Positions 1 through 11,831 of a stretch of 64,000 bases of DNA are shown one piece after another; within the stretch, counting starts at the first letter, position 1; each line of letters starts with the position of its first letter. The stretch is from contig JABVCE010000013.1 of assembly GCA_014905635.1 (NCBI GenBank), forward strand, positions 186,001 through 250,000. Reading direction: 5' to 3'. The notes beneath the pieces were generated by a model. It was not told the origin of the DNA. It did not search any database and was given only the letters and a program-made list of their open reading frames with translations. This DNA comes from Scenedesmus sp. PABB004 (Eukaryota). The position numbers were made by a program, and so were the translations under genes.

Positions 1-1014
1 CCGCATCGCGCGCCGCGCCGCGCGCCGCGCTCGCTGGCCGCGCCGCGCGGCCGGCGCAGCGCTGGCCGCCGCGGTCGCTGCCGCGCCTGCAGTATGTTGA
101 AGAGCACCACCTCGTCGCTCGCGGGGCTGGTGGCCTCAAACTTGCACTGCGTCGTGCTCTGCACGATCGCGTTCACCGCCTCCGCCGCGCCGACCGCGCG
201 CACGTCTGCGGCGCGGCGCCGCGGCGCGCCCCGTCGGCGGCCGCCGGCGCAGCAGAGGCGCCCCCGGTCCCCCGCGCGCAGCCGCGCGCTCACCGAGCAC
301 GCCGCTGCTGAGCAGGCGCCACAGCGCGGTGAGCGCCACGCCCGTGATGGGCCCGCTGACCTCCGGCTCCCGCACCAGCTTGAGGAAGGGCGCCAGGAAC
401 TCCAGCGGCTGCACCTCGGACCAGTCTGCGGCGGCAGCCCGCGCGCAGCGGTTGGCCCCAGCCGCTCCCGCACGGGCTGCGGCGCCGCGCGCCCGCGCGC
501 CGGTCCCTGTGCCACGCCGCCGCCACGCCCGGTCCTGCGCTGCCGCGGCCCTGCGGCGGCCCCGGCTGCGGCGGCCGCGCGGCGGCGCCCGCCCGCCCGG
601 GCGCTGCTGCGCCGCCGCTGCTCACCGCCCCAGTCGAAAATCTTGCGCCGCAGGGCCCGGAAGTCCTCGTAGTGCGGCTCGGGCTCCATCTGGTCCTCCT
701 CCTGCGCAGGCGGCGCGGGGAGGGCTCGCCAACCGCAGCGCCCGGGCCAGGCGCGCCCCGAACGGCCCGCCCCGGGCGCGTGCGTCCGTGCGGCCGGGCC
801 GTCCCGCGCCGGCCGCGTCCCAGGCGCGCCGCAGCGCGGGCGGGGGCGGCGCTGGCGGGGCGGGGCGCGCGGGGGTTGGGGGGATGCCCCCGCCATCGCT
901 GCTCACGTTGTACTTGCCCGGCACCACCGCCCACTTGGCGTTCTGGCGCATGGCCGTGATGACCGCCGAGATCTCGGCGTCCAGCTGCAGCGCCAGACGG
1001 TTGCATGGCTCCAT
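1..1014 (-). CDS. ARF guanine-nucleotide exchange factor GBF1/GNOM-like, 5' exons (gene continues beyond window start)
   Basis: Spliced exons give MEPCNRLALQLDAEISAVITAMRQNAKW...FRALRRKIFDW...QPLEFLAPFLKLVREPEVSGPITGVALTALWRLL...TTQCKFEATSPASDEVVLFNILQ, typical of the GBF1/GNOM DCB region. ATG at 1014, GTGAG donor at 906. Confidence 0.88.
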
Positions 1015-1462
1015 GGCGCCCGCCTGCGCCGCGCGCCGCTGCTTCACGCCCGCGCGCCGCCGCTACCGCATCGCGCCCGCCACGCGCCGCCCTGGCCTGC
1101 ACCGCCTGGCTGGCGGAGGGAGGGCTGGGTGTGCGCGGCGGCGGCGGCCGAGCGCGGCACCGAGCGCGCGTCGCGGCAGGCGAGCGGCTGCGTGACGCGG
1201 CGTCATGCGGGTGTTCGGCGCTTGGCCGCCGCCGCCCGCTCAACAACGCCTAGGGCAGGGCCGCTTCCTCAGCCGCACCCTCCCAACGCACCGCGTGAGG
1301 CGCATCCCCGCGGCCGCCGACCGCGCACCGCGACAACAGCGCCGCCGCTCGCCGCTGCGCGGCGCCGCTCGCTGCCGCCCGCGCAGTGCCCTGCTCAGCG
1401 CGCCCGGAGCGCGGCGTGGGCGCCACCGGGCGGCCCTCGGCAGCTCAGGGAGGGACAGGAGT

Positions 1463-2808
1463 ATGTCGGGCCTCCTGCAGCGCGCCGGCGCGCCCCTGGC
1501 CAGGGCGGCGTCAGGTGAGGAAGCCTTGACGAATTTGCCGCTCATGGGGCGTGCGTGCGGGCCGAGTCCGGCGCGCAGCTGGCGGGGCGAGCGCTGATCT
1601 CCTCGGCCTCTCTGGCGCGGCGTCTGCGCCCGCTCCGGGACGCGCCCGGGCGGCACAGCCCGGCTCCACGCGCAGCGGCAGGCCGAGCGCGTGAACCGAC
1701 GCCGGCAGCGGCCTGGCAGCTGCTGCTGCAGCCAGCGCGTGCAGCACGGCTGTCTCGCTGCCGCGCGGCGCCGTCTGCCCCCGCCCCTGACCCCCCTGAT
1801 TCCCCCATGACACCCCCGCGACGCCGTCGCCGCAGGCAGCGCGGCGCGCCTGTCGGTGCGCGCGGCTGCTGCGGGCGGCGCGCCGCCGCCGCGGCGCCGT
1901 GCGTCGCGCCGCGCCACGGAGCTGGCGGGCGGGGAGGCCGCCGCGGCCGCGCCCGCGCCCGCGCCTGCGCAGCAGCCGGCCGGCGGCGCCCCCGCCGCCC
2001 CGGCGGCGCGGCAGCCGCGGCGCACGCGCCGCGCCACCGCCGTGGCCGCCGCCGAGCCCGACGAGGCGGCGCCCGCGGTGGCGGCGCCCGCCGCCAAGCC
2101 CCGGCGCGGGCGCAAGACCACCGCGAGCGCGGCGGCGGCGCCCGGGCCCGCGCCGGCCGCGGCGGGCAGCGCGCAGGCCGCGCCGGCTGCGGACGGCGCG
2201 CCCGAGGAGGCGCCCAAGCGCCGCGGCCGGCCGCGCAAGACGAGCGCCGCGCTGCCGGCCGACGGCGAGGCGCCCGCCGAGGCGGCCGCGGCCGCGGACG
2301 CGGGCCCCAAGCGGCGCGGCCGGCCGCGCGGCTCCACGGCGTCCACGGCCCCGGCAGCGGGCGCGCCGCCGCCCGCGGCACCGGCCGCCGAGGCGGCTGC
2401 GCCGCCGCCGGCAGCGGCACCGGTGGCGAGGCGCGGCAAGAAGGCGGCACCGGCCGCGGAGCCCACAGCGCCGGCGGCGCCGGCGGAGGCGGCAGCAGAG
2501 CCCGCCGCGCCGGCGGCGGGCAAGCGCAAGGCGGCGGGCAAGCCGCGCGGCGCCGGGGCCGAGGCGCCCGCCGCCGCGGCGGCCGGCGGCGGCGCGGTGC
2601 TGCTGGACGACCTGGACGAGCTGCTCTTTGACGACGCCGGCGACGCCGGCGCGGGCCGCCTGTTGCGCGGCACAGCGGGCGCGGGCGACGACGACGACTG
2701 GGGCGCCGCGGCGGCGGCGGCGCGCGGCGGCGGCGCGTTTGGCGACCTGGGCGGCGCCGACTTTGACGACGCGGGCGACGACGACGACGACGCGCTCGCG
2801 TGGGGCCT

Positions 2809-2842
<34 letters not shown>

Positions 2843-3625
2843 TACGACGGCGAGCTGCTCGACGACCTGCTGCTCACGGGCGAGGACGGGGCGCCGTTTG
2901 ACCCCGAGCGCGGCGGCTACATCCGGTCGCGCGCGGGCGGGGGCGAGGCGGGGCTGCGGGACGACATGTTTGACATGTTTGACCTCGACCTTGACTTTGA
3001 CTCGGGCCTCGACGACGCGTTTGACTCGATGGGCGACCCGCTCGCCGGCTACATGGCAGACTTTGGCGGCGACTTTGGCGGCGGCGGCGGCGGGCTCGGC
3101 GACTTTGGCGGCGGCGACCGCGGCCGCGGCGGCGGCCGCGGCCGTGGCGGCGGCCGTGGCGGTGGCGGCGGCGGGCGCGAGTGGGGCACGGGGTGGAAGC
3201 CCCGCGGCGGCGGCGCGGCCGGCCGCGGCGGCCGCCGCGGCGGCGGCCGGGGCGGCTGGGACGACGACGGCGCTGGCGGCGGCGGCGGCTACAACCAGCA
3301 GCAGGACTGGCAGAGCGGCCAGCGCCAGGGCCAGGGCGGCGGCCGCTACAACCAGCAGCAGCCGCAGCAGCAGGGCTGGGGCGGCGGCGGCGGCGGCTAC
3401 GACCGCGACCAGCCCGGCCAGCAGGAGCAGCAGGGCTGGGGCGGCGGCCGCGGCGGCCGCGGCGGCCGCGGCCAGCCCGACCAGCGCGGCGGCTTTGGCG
3501 CCGGCCGCGGCGGCAGGGGCGGGCAGCAGCAGGCGCCGCCCCAGCAGCAGCAGGCGCCGCCGGCGGAGCAGCCGTCGTGGCAGCAGCAGACGCGGCCGCG
3601 GCGCATCCGCAGGGACGGCCCCTGA
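1463..3625 (+). CDS. Low-complexity protein with AT-hook motifs, acidic D/F-rich block and RGG/Q-rich tail
   Basis: Long exon 1856-3625 has coherent composition: PKRRGRPRK and PKRRGRPRG motifs, DDMFDMFDLDLDFD, and GRGG repeats. A probable first exon MSGLLQRAGAPLARAAS (1463-1514) is followed by GTGAG. The 5' structure is uncertain. Confidence 0.65.
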
Positions 3626-4692
3626 CGCGGCGCGGGGCGCTGCTGCTGGCTGGGGGCCCGCGGTCGGTCGGTCGGGGCCGCGCTTGAGTGAAGCTTACAC
3701 GACCGATTGTTGCGTCGTTCAGTGCTGCAAGTGCGCCACCGCGCCGTTATTAGTTCGCCCCTCCCCCCCCCCCCCCCCCCGCCGTCAGCGCAGCAGAGCC
3801 CCGTCCCGCTGGACAGCAAAAAGCAGAGGCCGTCGTCCGCCCGCCGCAACCCCGACCTAGACAGGTCGTCCGCCGCCCGCCGCCAGGCCCGCGCGTTTGC
3901 CCCCCGTTATTTTGTGTCGCTTTCCGCCGCCGGTGCGGCGCGGCCGCCGCGCAGGCGCGCGCGCGGCCGCCGCCCGCCCCGCGGTGGGCGGCGCCCCCGC
4001 GCCGCGGCGGCGTGCGGCCGGGCCGCGCCTCGCTCCGGGGGCCGCCTCGCCTCGCTCCGGGGGCGTCGCCCCCTCGAACAGAATGCATGCTTGCGAGCCT
4101 GCAGGTTTGCCCGCCCACGCCCAGACCCAGTTGGGTGATGCGGCGACGTAGGTCATGTGCGCGGCGACCGAAAGCAGGTGCTGGGTGCGGCGCGTGCGTG
4201 CGTGCCGCACGCGAGAAACGCGAGAAAACCAGGCCCCCCACCCCAGCGCGCGTGTCGCGCGGTTGTGTTATTCCGTTGCCACGCGCGCCCCCCGCGGCCG
4301 CCGCGCGCGCTGCCGCCCAGAGGCAGGGCCGCCGGCCGCGGGGGCGCGCGCCGCGCGCACGCGCGCGCGATGCATCGCGCGCGCAGCCAGGGCGGCGAGC
4401 GCTGCGCCTTCTTGGACATGCCTGCGAACAGGAGCACACAGCAGCACACACACACACGTGCCACGCAAACGTTCTCACCCCCCGGGCGGCCTGCGTCCGG
4501 CCGCCCCTGGTGAAAAGATGGAATGCTGCCAGCTCTCGCTCCAGCTGCTCCCCAGGCGGTTCGGGCCGGCGTCACGGCAGGTGCCCCGGCGCGGCGCAGC
4601 GGGCAGCAGCCCGCGCCCAGGCGCGCGCACGCGCCGCGCGTCCGTCGACACAGAGCACGCCGCGGCGGGGGCCTCCCGGCTGCGCCGCCTCC

Positions 4693-6778
4693 TCACGACA
4701 GCAGCGCGGCGGTGAGCTGGCGCAGCACCTCGGCCTGCCAGCCCTGGCTCCCCGGGCTGGGCGCCGGGCCCGCGGCGGCCTGCGCCGCCGCCGCCGCCGC
4801 TGCCGCCTGCGCCTGCGCCTGCGCCTGCGCCTGCTGCTGCGCCGCCAGCGTGCTGGCGAGGTTCATCAATGCCGCGATGGTGTCGGGCGCCGCGCCCGGC
4901 GCGGACGAGGCCGGCTGCTGCTGCGCCGGCGCCGCCGCCGGCGCGGCGGCGCCGCCCGCCTGCCCCTGCGCCTGCGCGAGCAGCAGCAGCTCCAGCGCGC
5001 TCGCGGTGCGCGCCGCCGGCGGCGCGTCGCTGCCGAGCTGCCGCCGCGCCGCGATGAGCTCGCGCTGCGCGCGCAGCTGCTGCTGCAGCTGAATGAGCTG
5101 CTGCTCCTGGCGCGCCAGCGTGCTCAGCACCGTCTCCACGCCCGACGAGCTCGGCGCGAGCGCCGCGGGCGCCGACAGCGCCGCGACGTGCGCGCCGCCG
5201 CCGCTGAACGCGGGCGCCGCCGCGCGGTAGCCGCAGCCGCTGCTGGTGGTCGTCACGCTCGGCTCCGGCTCCATCGGCGCCGTGTAGCAGCTCGCGCTCG
5301 GCTGGTGCGCCAGCGCCAAGGGGCCGGGCTTGCCCGGCGCGCCGCTGCCGGCGCCGCCGCTGAGCGCGGGCACGGCGCCGCCGCTGCCGCCGGGGCCGTA
5401 CAGCATGAGCGGCCGCTTGCGCTGCTTCTTGAACACCTGCTGCGGCTTGGTGAACCCGCCCGAGTCGGCGCGCGCGGCCTTGCTCGCCGTCGAAAAGTGG
5501 CGCCGCAGCGCGGTCGAGTTGGCCGCGCGGCGCTTGAACACGAGCTGGCTGCCGCCGCGCGAGAGGCTGGCCTGCGCCGCGAGCGCCGCCGCGTCCGACG
5601 CCGACGGCGCGAGGCCGCCGCCCGGGCGGTCCGAGGTGGCCATGCTGCCGACCGTGTCGTGGCGCAGCAGGCCGATCGCCGCCGCCGCCTCGACCGCGTC
5701 CGCGTCGTGCTCGTCCACAGCCATGTCCCCGTCGTCGCGCGCCGCCGCCGCGTTCTGCCGCTGGATGAGCGACCACGCGTTGGCGCACGTCAGCGGCGCG
5801 TCGCGCTCGCCGCTGCCGCGCGGGCTCGGCGCTGCGCCGGCCGCGTCGCGCGCCGGCGCCGGCGGCGCAGCGCCGGGCGACGCATGCGCGCCCGCCAGCA
5901 TCGCCAGCATCGCCGGGCTCACGCCCGGCGCCGCCGCCTGCGCGGCCGTGCGCGGGCTGCCGCCGCCGGCCGCGCCGGCCTGCTGCAGCAGCAGCTCCTG
6001 CGCGACCGCGGCGCTCGGCGACGACGGCGCGTGCGCAAGCGCCTGCTTGCGCTTCAGGTACTCGCCCAGCTGCTGCTGCATGATCGCGCGCCCCGCGTCC
6101 GTGGAGAGCAGCGCCGCGAGCTGCTCCGTCTGGCGCTGCGCCTTTGCCGCCGGGTCCTCGTCCGCGGCCGACGCCGCCTGCAGCGCCGCCATCGCGGCCG
6201 CCTGCGCGGGCCCGAGCTGCGCCAGCAGCGCGCGCCCCTGCTCGCCGCCGAACAGCGCCGCCAGCTGCGCGCCGCGCGCGCCCGCCGCGGGGGGCGCCGG
6301 CGCCGCGGTCGCGCCTGCGCGCGCGGGGCGGGCGCGGGGCGGCGTGAGCGCGCCGCCGCCGCCGCCGCTGCCACCGGCGCCGCCAGCGCGCGGCCGCGCT
6401 GCAAGGGCGCCAGGAGCCGCGGCGCGCCCGCCCGCGCGCCGGGCGGAGGGCCGCGGCGCCCCGACGACCGACCACCCCTCGGCCCCCCGCCGCATCGCAC
6501 CTTGCTCCTGCGCGTTGCCGGCCTCGCAGGCCTCCAGGCGGTCTGCGACAGGCGGGGCGGGGCCGATCGTCAGGCGTGAGCCGGTGCGCGCGCGCGCCCG
6601 GCGCCCCTGCGCGCGGGGGCGCCCCCAAGCTGGCCCTGGATTGCCCCGCCCGCCCCGCCGCCCACGGCCGCCCGCGCGGCCCGGCGGGGCGGCCCACAGG
6701 CGCAGCGCGGGGCATGCTGTGCTCACCCTGGCAGCTGGCGCCGGTGCCTGACGAGCCGCTGCGCTGCGGGCTGCTCAT
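4693..6778 (-). CDS. Hypothetical Ala/Gln-rich protein with coiled-coil segments and basic NLS-like stretch (KKQRKRP)
   Basis: Long open frame from 4693 to ~6290 with coding-like codon use. Putative exon 1 MSSPQRSGSSGTGASCQ (ATG 6778) is followed by GTGAG at 6726. No recognisable domain. Confidence 0.55.
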
Positions 6779-7080
6779 GCCGGGCGGCCCAACCCGGAGC
6801 GCCTCGGGCACCGACGTGCCTGCGCAGGCGGGCGGGGCGAGTTCAGGTCTGGACGGCACGCGAGGGGCGCTCGGGGCGCCCTCGGCGCCACCGCCGGGCG
6901 CCAGCACTCTTCGCGGCCAAGCTCGCCAGAGCGCCGCGCGGCGTGCGGGCCCCAGCGCCGCGAGGGGCGGCCCCTCGTCGCCGCGTGCGTCCCGGGAGGC
7001 GCCCCCGCACCCGGCCCAGGCTCTCGCACAGCAGCACTCCGCTCTTCGCCTTGCTCCCCCCGAATGCGACCACGGCTCGC

Positions 7081-7612
7081 GCTGCGACTGGCGGTCACGC
7101 CCGCGTGCCGGGCTCTCGAGCCGCGCCTGGCCGCGTGCGCCGCGCGGCGGGGCCTTGGCGCGCGCTGGTGCGCTCGCACGCGATGGCGGACCCCAAAGCC
7201 TGCCCTGTTACACCGCCGATGGGCAGCGGCCGCCACCACCACCAGAGCGGCGGCAAGACCGGTGTCCGCGCGGTCGTGCCGCGCGCGGCGCCCCGCGAGC
7301 GAGGGCGCCGGCGGCCTGCCCGCCAGCGCGGCGCAAAGCGCGGTCGTGCAGGCCGGTCGCGTTCAAAATGACGCCCCCTGGCCGCAGCCTCGGCGCCGCG
7401 GCGCACCGCGCGCTGGCGCCGGAGCGCAGCCGGCGGTCGCCGGGCAGGGGTGTGTCCTGCGGTGCGAGCGGCCGCCCTGGCGCTCGCGCGCTCGCGGGTG
7501 GCGGCCCGTGGGCGCGTGGCGCCGCCACGGGGCGATCCGCCGCCGCCCCGCCGCTCCGGCCGCGCGACGGCGGCGCCCAGCGCTCACGCCGCCGCGCCGT
7601 CGACCGCCGCCA
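7081..7612. repeat. Left arm of ~530-bp inverted repeat (partner 11020-11548)
   Basis: Reverse complement of 11020-11548 with few substitutions or indels. The same peptides appear in ORFs 7064..7966(+) and 10639..11550(-). Confidence 0.95.
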
Positions 7613-7754
7613 CGCGTGGTGCGCGCCGCGCCAGGGCGCACCGCGGGGGGCTGCGCCAAAAAGAGGAAGGAATGCCTCCTGTGCTCCAAAACTGTCCAGC
7701 TGCGGCGCCAGAGCCGCCGCTGCCGCCGCAGCGCGCCGTCGCCGCTGGTGGCGC

Positions 7755-8710
7755 TCACTGCGCGGCGGCCGCCACCGGCACGGGCCCGGCAATGCGGTCG
7801 CTCACGCCGACGGTTGAGCGCACGAGCAGCGCCTTGGGCCTGCGCGGCTCGCACTCGAGCACGACCAGGCGGTGGCACGTCGGCGGCCGGCGGCCGGCGT
7901 CGCCGCCCGCCGGGGGCGCCGGCGCGCCGCTGCCCTCGGCGTCCGCCGCCTTGGGCGTCGAGGTGATGATGCACGCGGCGTCCTGGCCCCGCACAAGCAG
8001 CCCCTTGCGCGCCTGCGCCACCGCCTGCCGCGCGCGCGGGCGGGCGGGCGGGTGAGCCGCCGCGCGGCGCGGGGCGGGGGCGGCGCGGGGCGGCACGGCG
8101 CGGGGCGGCACGGGGCGGGGCGGGGCGCGCGCGCGCGCACCTTGACCGCCGCCACGAGCGCGGCGGTGCCGTAGCACTCCAGCACGGTGTGGCTGTGCGT
8201 GGAGAGGCGCGCGATGACGGCGCGGGAGAGCGCGAGCGGGTCGGTGCTGCCGGACACGCGCAGCTCATTGTCGGTGAGCACCTCGCCTGCGGGGCCGCGG
8301 CGGCCGCGAGCGCGTGAGCGCGAGCGCGGGGCCGCCCGCGAGCACGGGGCCGCGAGCGCGCAGCCGCGAGCGCGGGGCCGTCAGCGCACAGCGGCCGGCG
8401 CGCAGCCGCCAGCGCCCGCCCGCCGCGCCCGGCCGGCGTGCGCTGAAGCGCACACGCGCGCCCGGCCCCGCGGCGACGCGCCGCACCCTGCATGATCGCG
8501 CCGGTGAACATCACCATGCTGCCCGCGGGCACGCGCGGCGGCTCGGCCGCGCCCGGGCCGATGCGCGTGGGCTGGAAGACCAGCATCTGGCCCGCGTTGG
8601 CGGCGGCCATGTTGTTGGCCGCCGTGAGCGTGATCATGGCCTTCAGCAGCGACTCGCCGTCGATCGCCGCGACGCGCACCGCGTCCTGCCGGGGCCGGGG
8701 CGCGCGCATG

Positions 8711-8754
<44 letters not shown>

Positions 8755-9303
8755 ACCGCGCGGCGGCGGACCGCGCGGCGGCGGCTGCGCGCGCGCGCGC
8801 CCCGCGCACCTCGGTCCGCAGCCGCTTCACCACCGCGCCCGCCGCGGCCTTGACGTCGCTCGTGCGGCCGGCGATGCGGATGAGGTAGGGCTTGGGCTTG
8901 ACGGCGCCGGGGCCGCCCCGCCGCGCGCCAAGGCCGCCGCGCCGCGCGCCGTCGCGCTGCTGCTGCTGCTCCGCCGGCTGCTGCTGGCGCCGCTGCTGCT
9001 GCTGCGGCTGCTGCTGAGGCTGCTGGCGCTGCTGCTGCCGCGCCTGCTGCTGCTGGCGCGGCGGCAGCGGCTGCTGCTGCAGCAGCACGGGCGCGGCCGC
9101 GGCGTCCGCCGCTGCTGCCGGCCGGCGGCTGGCGCGGCGGGCCAGCGGTGCGCACCCTGCGGCGACGGCGGCACCGGGGGGCGTGAGGCGGGCGCGCGGT
9201 GCGTGCGCGGGAGCAGCGGCAGCAGCGGCCGCCGCGCACCGGGCGCGGCGGCGGCGGCGGGCCGCGCCAGCGCTCCCGACCGGGCGCGGTGACCGGCCAG
9301 CAT
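7755..9303 (-). CDS. Protein with two tandem SpoVS-like (Alba-fold) domains, Q-rich linker and transit-peptide-like N-terminus
   Basis: Domain 2 ELRVSGSTDPLALSRAVIARL...VLECYGTAALVAAVKAVAQARKGLLVRGQDAACI resembles bacterial SpoVS (LKVS...P..VAGALAGVL...IQAIGAGALNQAVKAVAIAR...G.DLICI). Domain 1 LIRIAGRTSDVKAAAGAVVKRLRTE-DAVRVAAIDGESLLKAMITL is a more diverged copy. Stop at 7755; the start exon is inferred. Confidence 0.68.
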
Positions 9304-9663
9304 GGCTGCGCGGGTCGTGGGATCAGGGCGCGGCCAGCGGGTGGACAGCTGCGTGAGGCTGTCGACCTCTGCTGCTGCGCGGTGCTGGCGTCGCGGCTGA
9401 GGGCAGCAGCGCGCGCTGGTCTTCTGCTCTGTGAGACACCGCCGGGGGCTGCGCCAGTCGAGGCTCAAGGCCCTGGCCAACCCCCGTCACGTCAAACGCC
9501 TGGCTGCGCTCAGCCCGGCAGCTTCTCTCTTGCTCCCACCGTCCAGACCTCGCCGTCCCCGGCTCCTGGGCTCTGCGACCGCTCGCGCCGGCCAGCGGCC
9601 TCCCACCGCCGCGCGCGCTGCCAGCCACGCGCCGCGCCGCTGCTCGCCGCGCTGCCGGCCGCC

Positions 9664-11048
9664 ATGCAGTGCGGCGCCGCCGGAGCGGCGCGCTGCTGCC
9701 GGCAGGGCCACCGGGCCCCCGTCGGCGTGCGCGCGATGGCACCAGCGCGGCGGCCCGCGCGCGGCCGTCCGGCGGCCGCGAGCGGCGGTGACGCCGCTGT
9801 CGCTGTGGGCGGTGAGCCAGCGGCGGCGAGCGACTACGCCGCACTGCGCGGGGTCAAGGTCCTCTCGGCGGCGGACGGCTTTGAGACGGAGCTGCTGTCG
9901 CTGTGGGCGGTGAGCCGGCGGCGGCGCGCGACCCGATCGCCCCACCCATGGCGCGGCCTCGGACCCCTGCACACCCCTCCCCCGCCGCGCCCGCCGCGCA
10001 GCCCGGGCCGGACACCACGGTGGTGCTGCCGTTCCTCACCCACTTTGCCGACCTCACGAGCTGGGAGTACGCGCAGAAGCTGCGGCAGAAGGTCCTGCCC
10101 GTCATGCGGGAGCGCGGCGTGCAGGCACGGCGCGCGCGGCGACGCCATCCCGGGGGCCGGCTGGGGCCGCGGCAGCGCCGCCGTGGCAGCTCGTCATCTG
10201 GCGCGGCGCGGCGCCGCAGGTGATCACCGTGGGCCTGGGCAGCGCCGACAACGCGCGCGCGTTTGCGGCGGCGCTCGACTACCCGCTGGACGGCCTCTAC
10301 GCAGACCCCACGGGTGCGGTGCGGCGCGGCCGGCACGGCAGCGGCGGGCGGGGTCCGTCGCAGCGCGTGGCGCGCGCACGGCGCGCGGGGGCGGGGCGCC
10401 GCCACAAGCACGCCGCGCGACCGCCTGCCGCAGGCGCGTGCTACGCCGCGCAGGGCTTCTCGCCGGGCTTTTTGCCCGGGGCGGCCGTCAGCCCAGTCCT
10501 GAAGCTCCTGCCGATGCTGGCGGGCATCGGGTCGCCGGGCACGCTGCGCGAGGTCATACGGGGCTACGTCGGCGACCGCAGCGCTGGGCCCGTGTTTGAG
10601 GCGGCGCGCCCCAACCCCTTTGACATCCTCGGCACCGGCTACCAGCGGCCGTTTGAGCTCGCGACGCTGCGGCTGATGAACATGGTCGGCATTCTGCCCA
10701 AGTGTGAGCGCGCGTGGGGCCCGGCGCCGGCGCCGGCGCCGAGGCGGGCGGCGCACGCGCGGGCGCGCGGGCGCTCAACGCGCGGCTGGCCCGAACGCCG
10801 CCGCCGCCGCCGCCAGGGGGCGAGCTGAGCCCGCCAAACAGCGAGCTGCTGGTGCAGCAGGGCGGCACGCTCGTGCTGCGCGGCAGGAGCACGGTGTTCA
10901 AGCACGTGGACAGCGGTGGGTCCTCGCGGCGGGCGCGGCGGGCCCGCGTCTGCGCAGCTCCTCACCGGCGCCCCTGCCCGCCGCAGGCATTCTGAAGTAC
11001 ACTGACGTCGGCGCGCTGCTGGCGGCGGTCGACGGCGCGGCGGCGTGA
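9664..11048 (+). CDS. Peroxiredoxin-like 2 / AhpC-TSA_2 family protein, probably plastid-targeted
   Basis: Spliced product includes VVLPFLTHFADLTSWEYAQKL, ITVGLGSADNARAFA, LYADPTGACYAAQGF, MLAGIGSPGTLREVIRGYVGD, YQRPFELATLRLMNM and QQGGTLV...VFKHVDSGIL, typical of plant/cyanobacterial members. Confidence 0.85.
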
Positions 11049-11548
11049 GCGCTGGGCGCCGCCGTCGCGCGGCCGGAGCGGCGGGGCGTCGGATCGCCCC
11101 GTGGCGGCGCCACGCACCCGCGGGCCGCCACACGCGAGCGCGCGAGCGCCGGGGCGGCCGCTCGCACCGCAGGACACACCCCTGCCCGGCGACTGTCGGC
11201 TGCGCTCCGGCGCCAGCGCGCGGTGCGCCGCGGCACCGAGGCGGCGGCCAGGGGGCGTCATTTTGAACGCGACCGGCCTGCACGACCGCGCTTTGCGCCG
11301 CGCTGGCGGGCAGGCCGCCGGCGCCCTCGCTCGCGGGGCGCCGCGCGCGGCACGACCGCGCGGACACCGGTCTCGCCGCCGCTCTGGTGGTGGTGGCGGC
11401 CGCTGCCCATCGGCGGTGTAACAGGGCAGGCTTTGGGGTCCGCCATCGCGTGCGAGCGCACCAGCGCGCGCCAAGGCCCCGCCGCGCGGCGCACGCGGCC
11501 AGGCGCGGCTCGAGAGCCCGGCACGCGGGCGTGACCGCCAGTCGCAGC
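11020..11548. repeat. Right arm of ~530-bp inverted repeat; last codons, stop and 3'UTR (TGTAA at 11417) of the PRXL2-like gene
   Basis: Reverse complement of 7081-7612. Confidence 0.95.
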
Positions 11549-11651
11549 ACGCGGGCGCCAGTCGCAGCGAGCTACACGCAGGGCCCGTGACACAAACACA
11601 CACACAGACAGGGGAACGGCGGCGGCGCCGTGGCGGCCGCGCCGCGCGCGC

Positions 11652-11662
11652 GTACAGCGTAC
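11652..11662. promoter_or_regulatory. Two adjacent GTAC cores (candidate copper-response elements, CRR1/SBP sites)
   Basis: cGTACagcGTACc lies ~170-180 nt upstream of the ATG of a Cys-Met copper-binding gene. GTAC is the established CuRE core in Chlamydomonas. Confidence 0.55.
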
Positions 11663-11831
11663 CTCGCGTCGCCTGGGCTCTGCGCGTGGCCAGCTCCCTG
11701 CGTGCCTGCGTCCGCCGCGCGACTCACACCTGGGAGAGGCGAGCTGGAGCCCCCGCGCCTGACGTCTGCGCAGGCAGCGCGAAGCGATCGCGCGACCCGC
11801 CGGCCGCGCGTTGCCCGCAAACCTCGGCGCG

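Noticed and set aside
9664..11548. Selenoprotein (SelU-like) with SECIS in the duplicated 3'UTR
   Set aside because: No in-frame TGA at the redox-motif position, and no convincing AUGA/AA/GA SECIS core was seen.
7081..11548. Autonomous TIR DNA transposon
   Set aside because: No transposase, no clear target-site duplication, and one arm begins inside host coding sequence.
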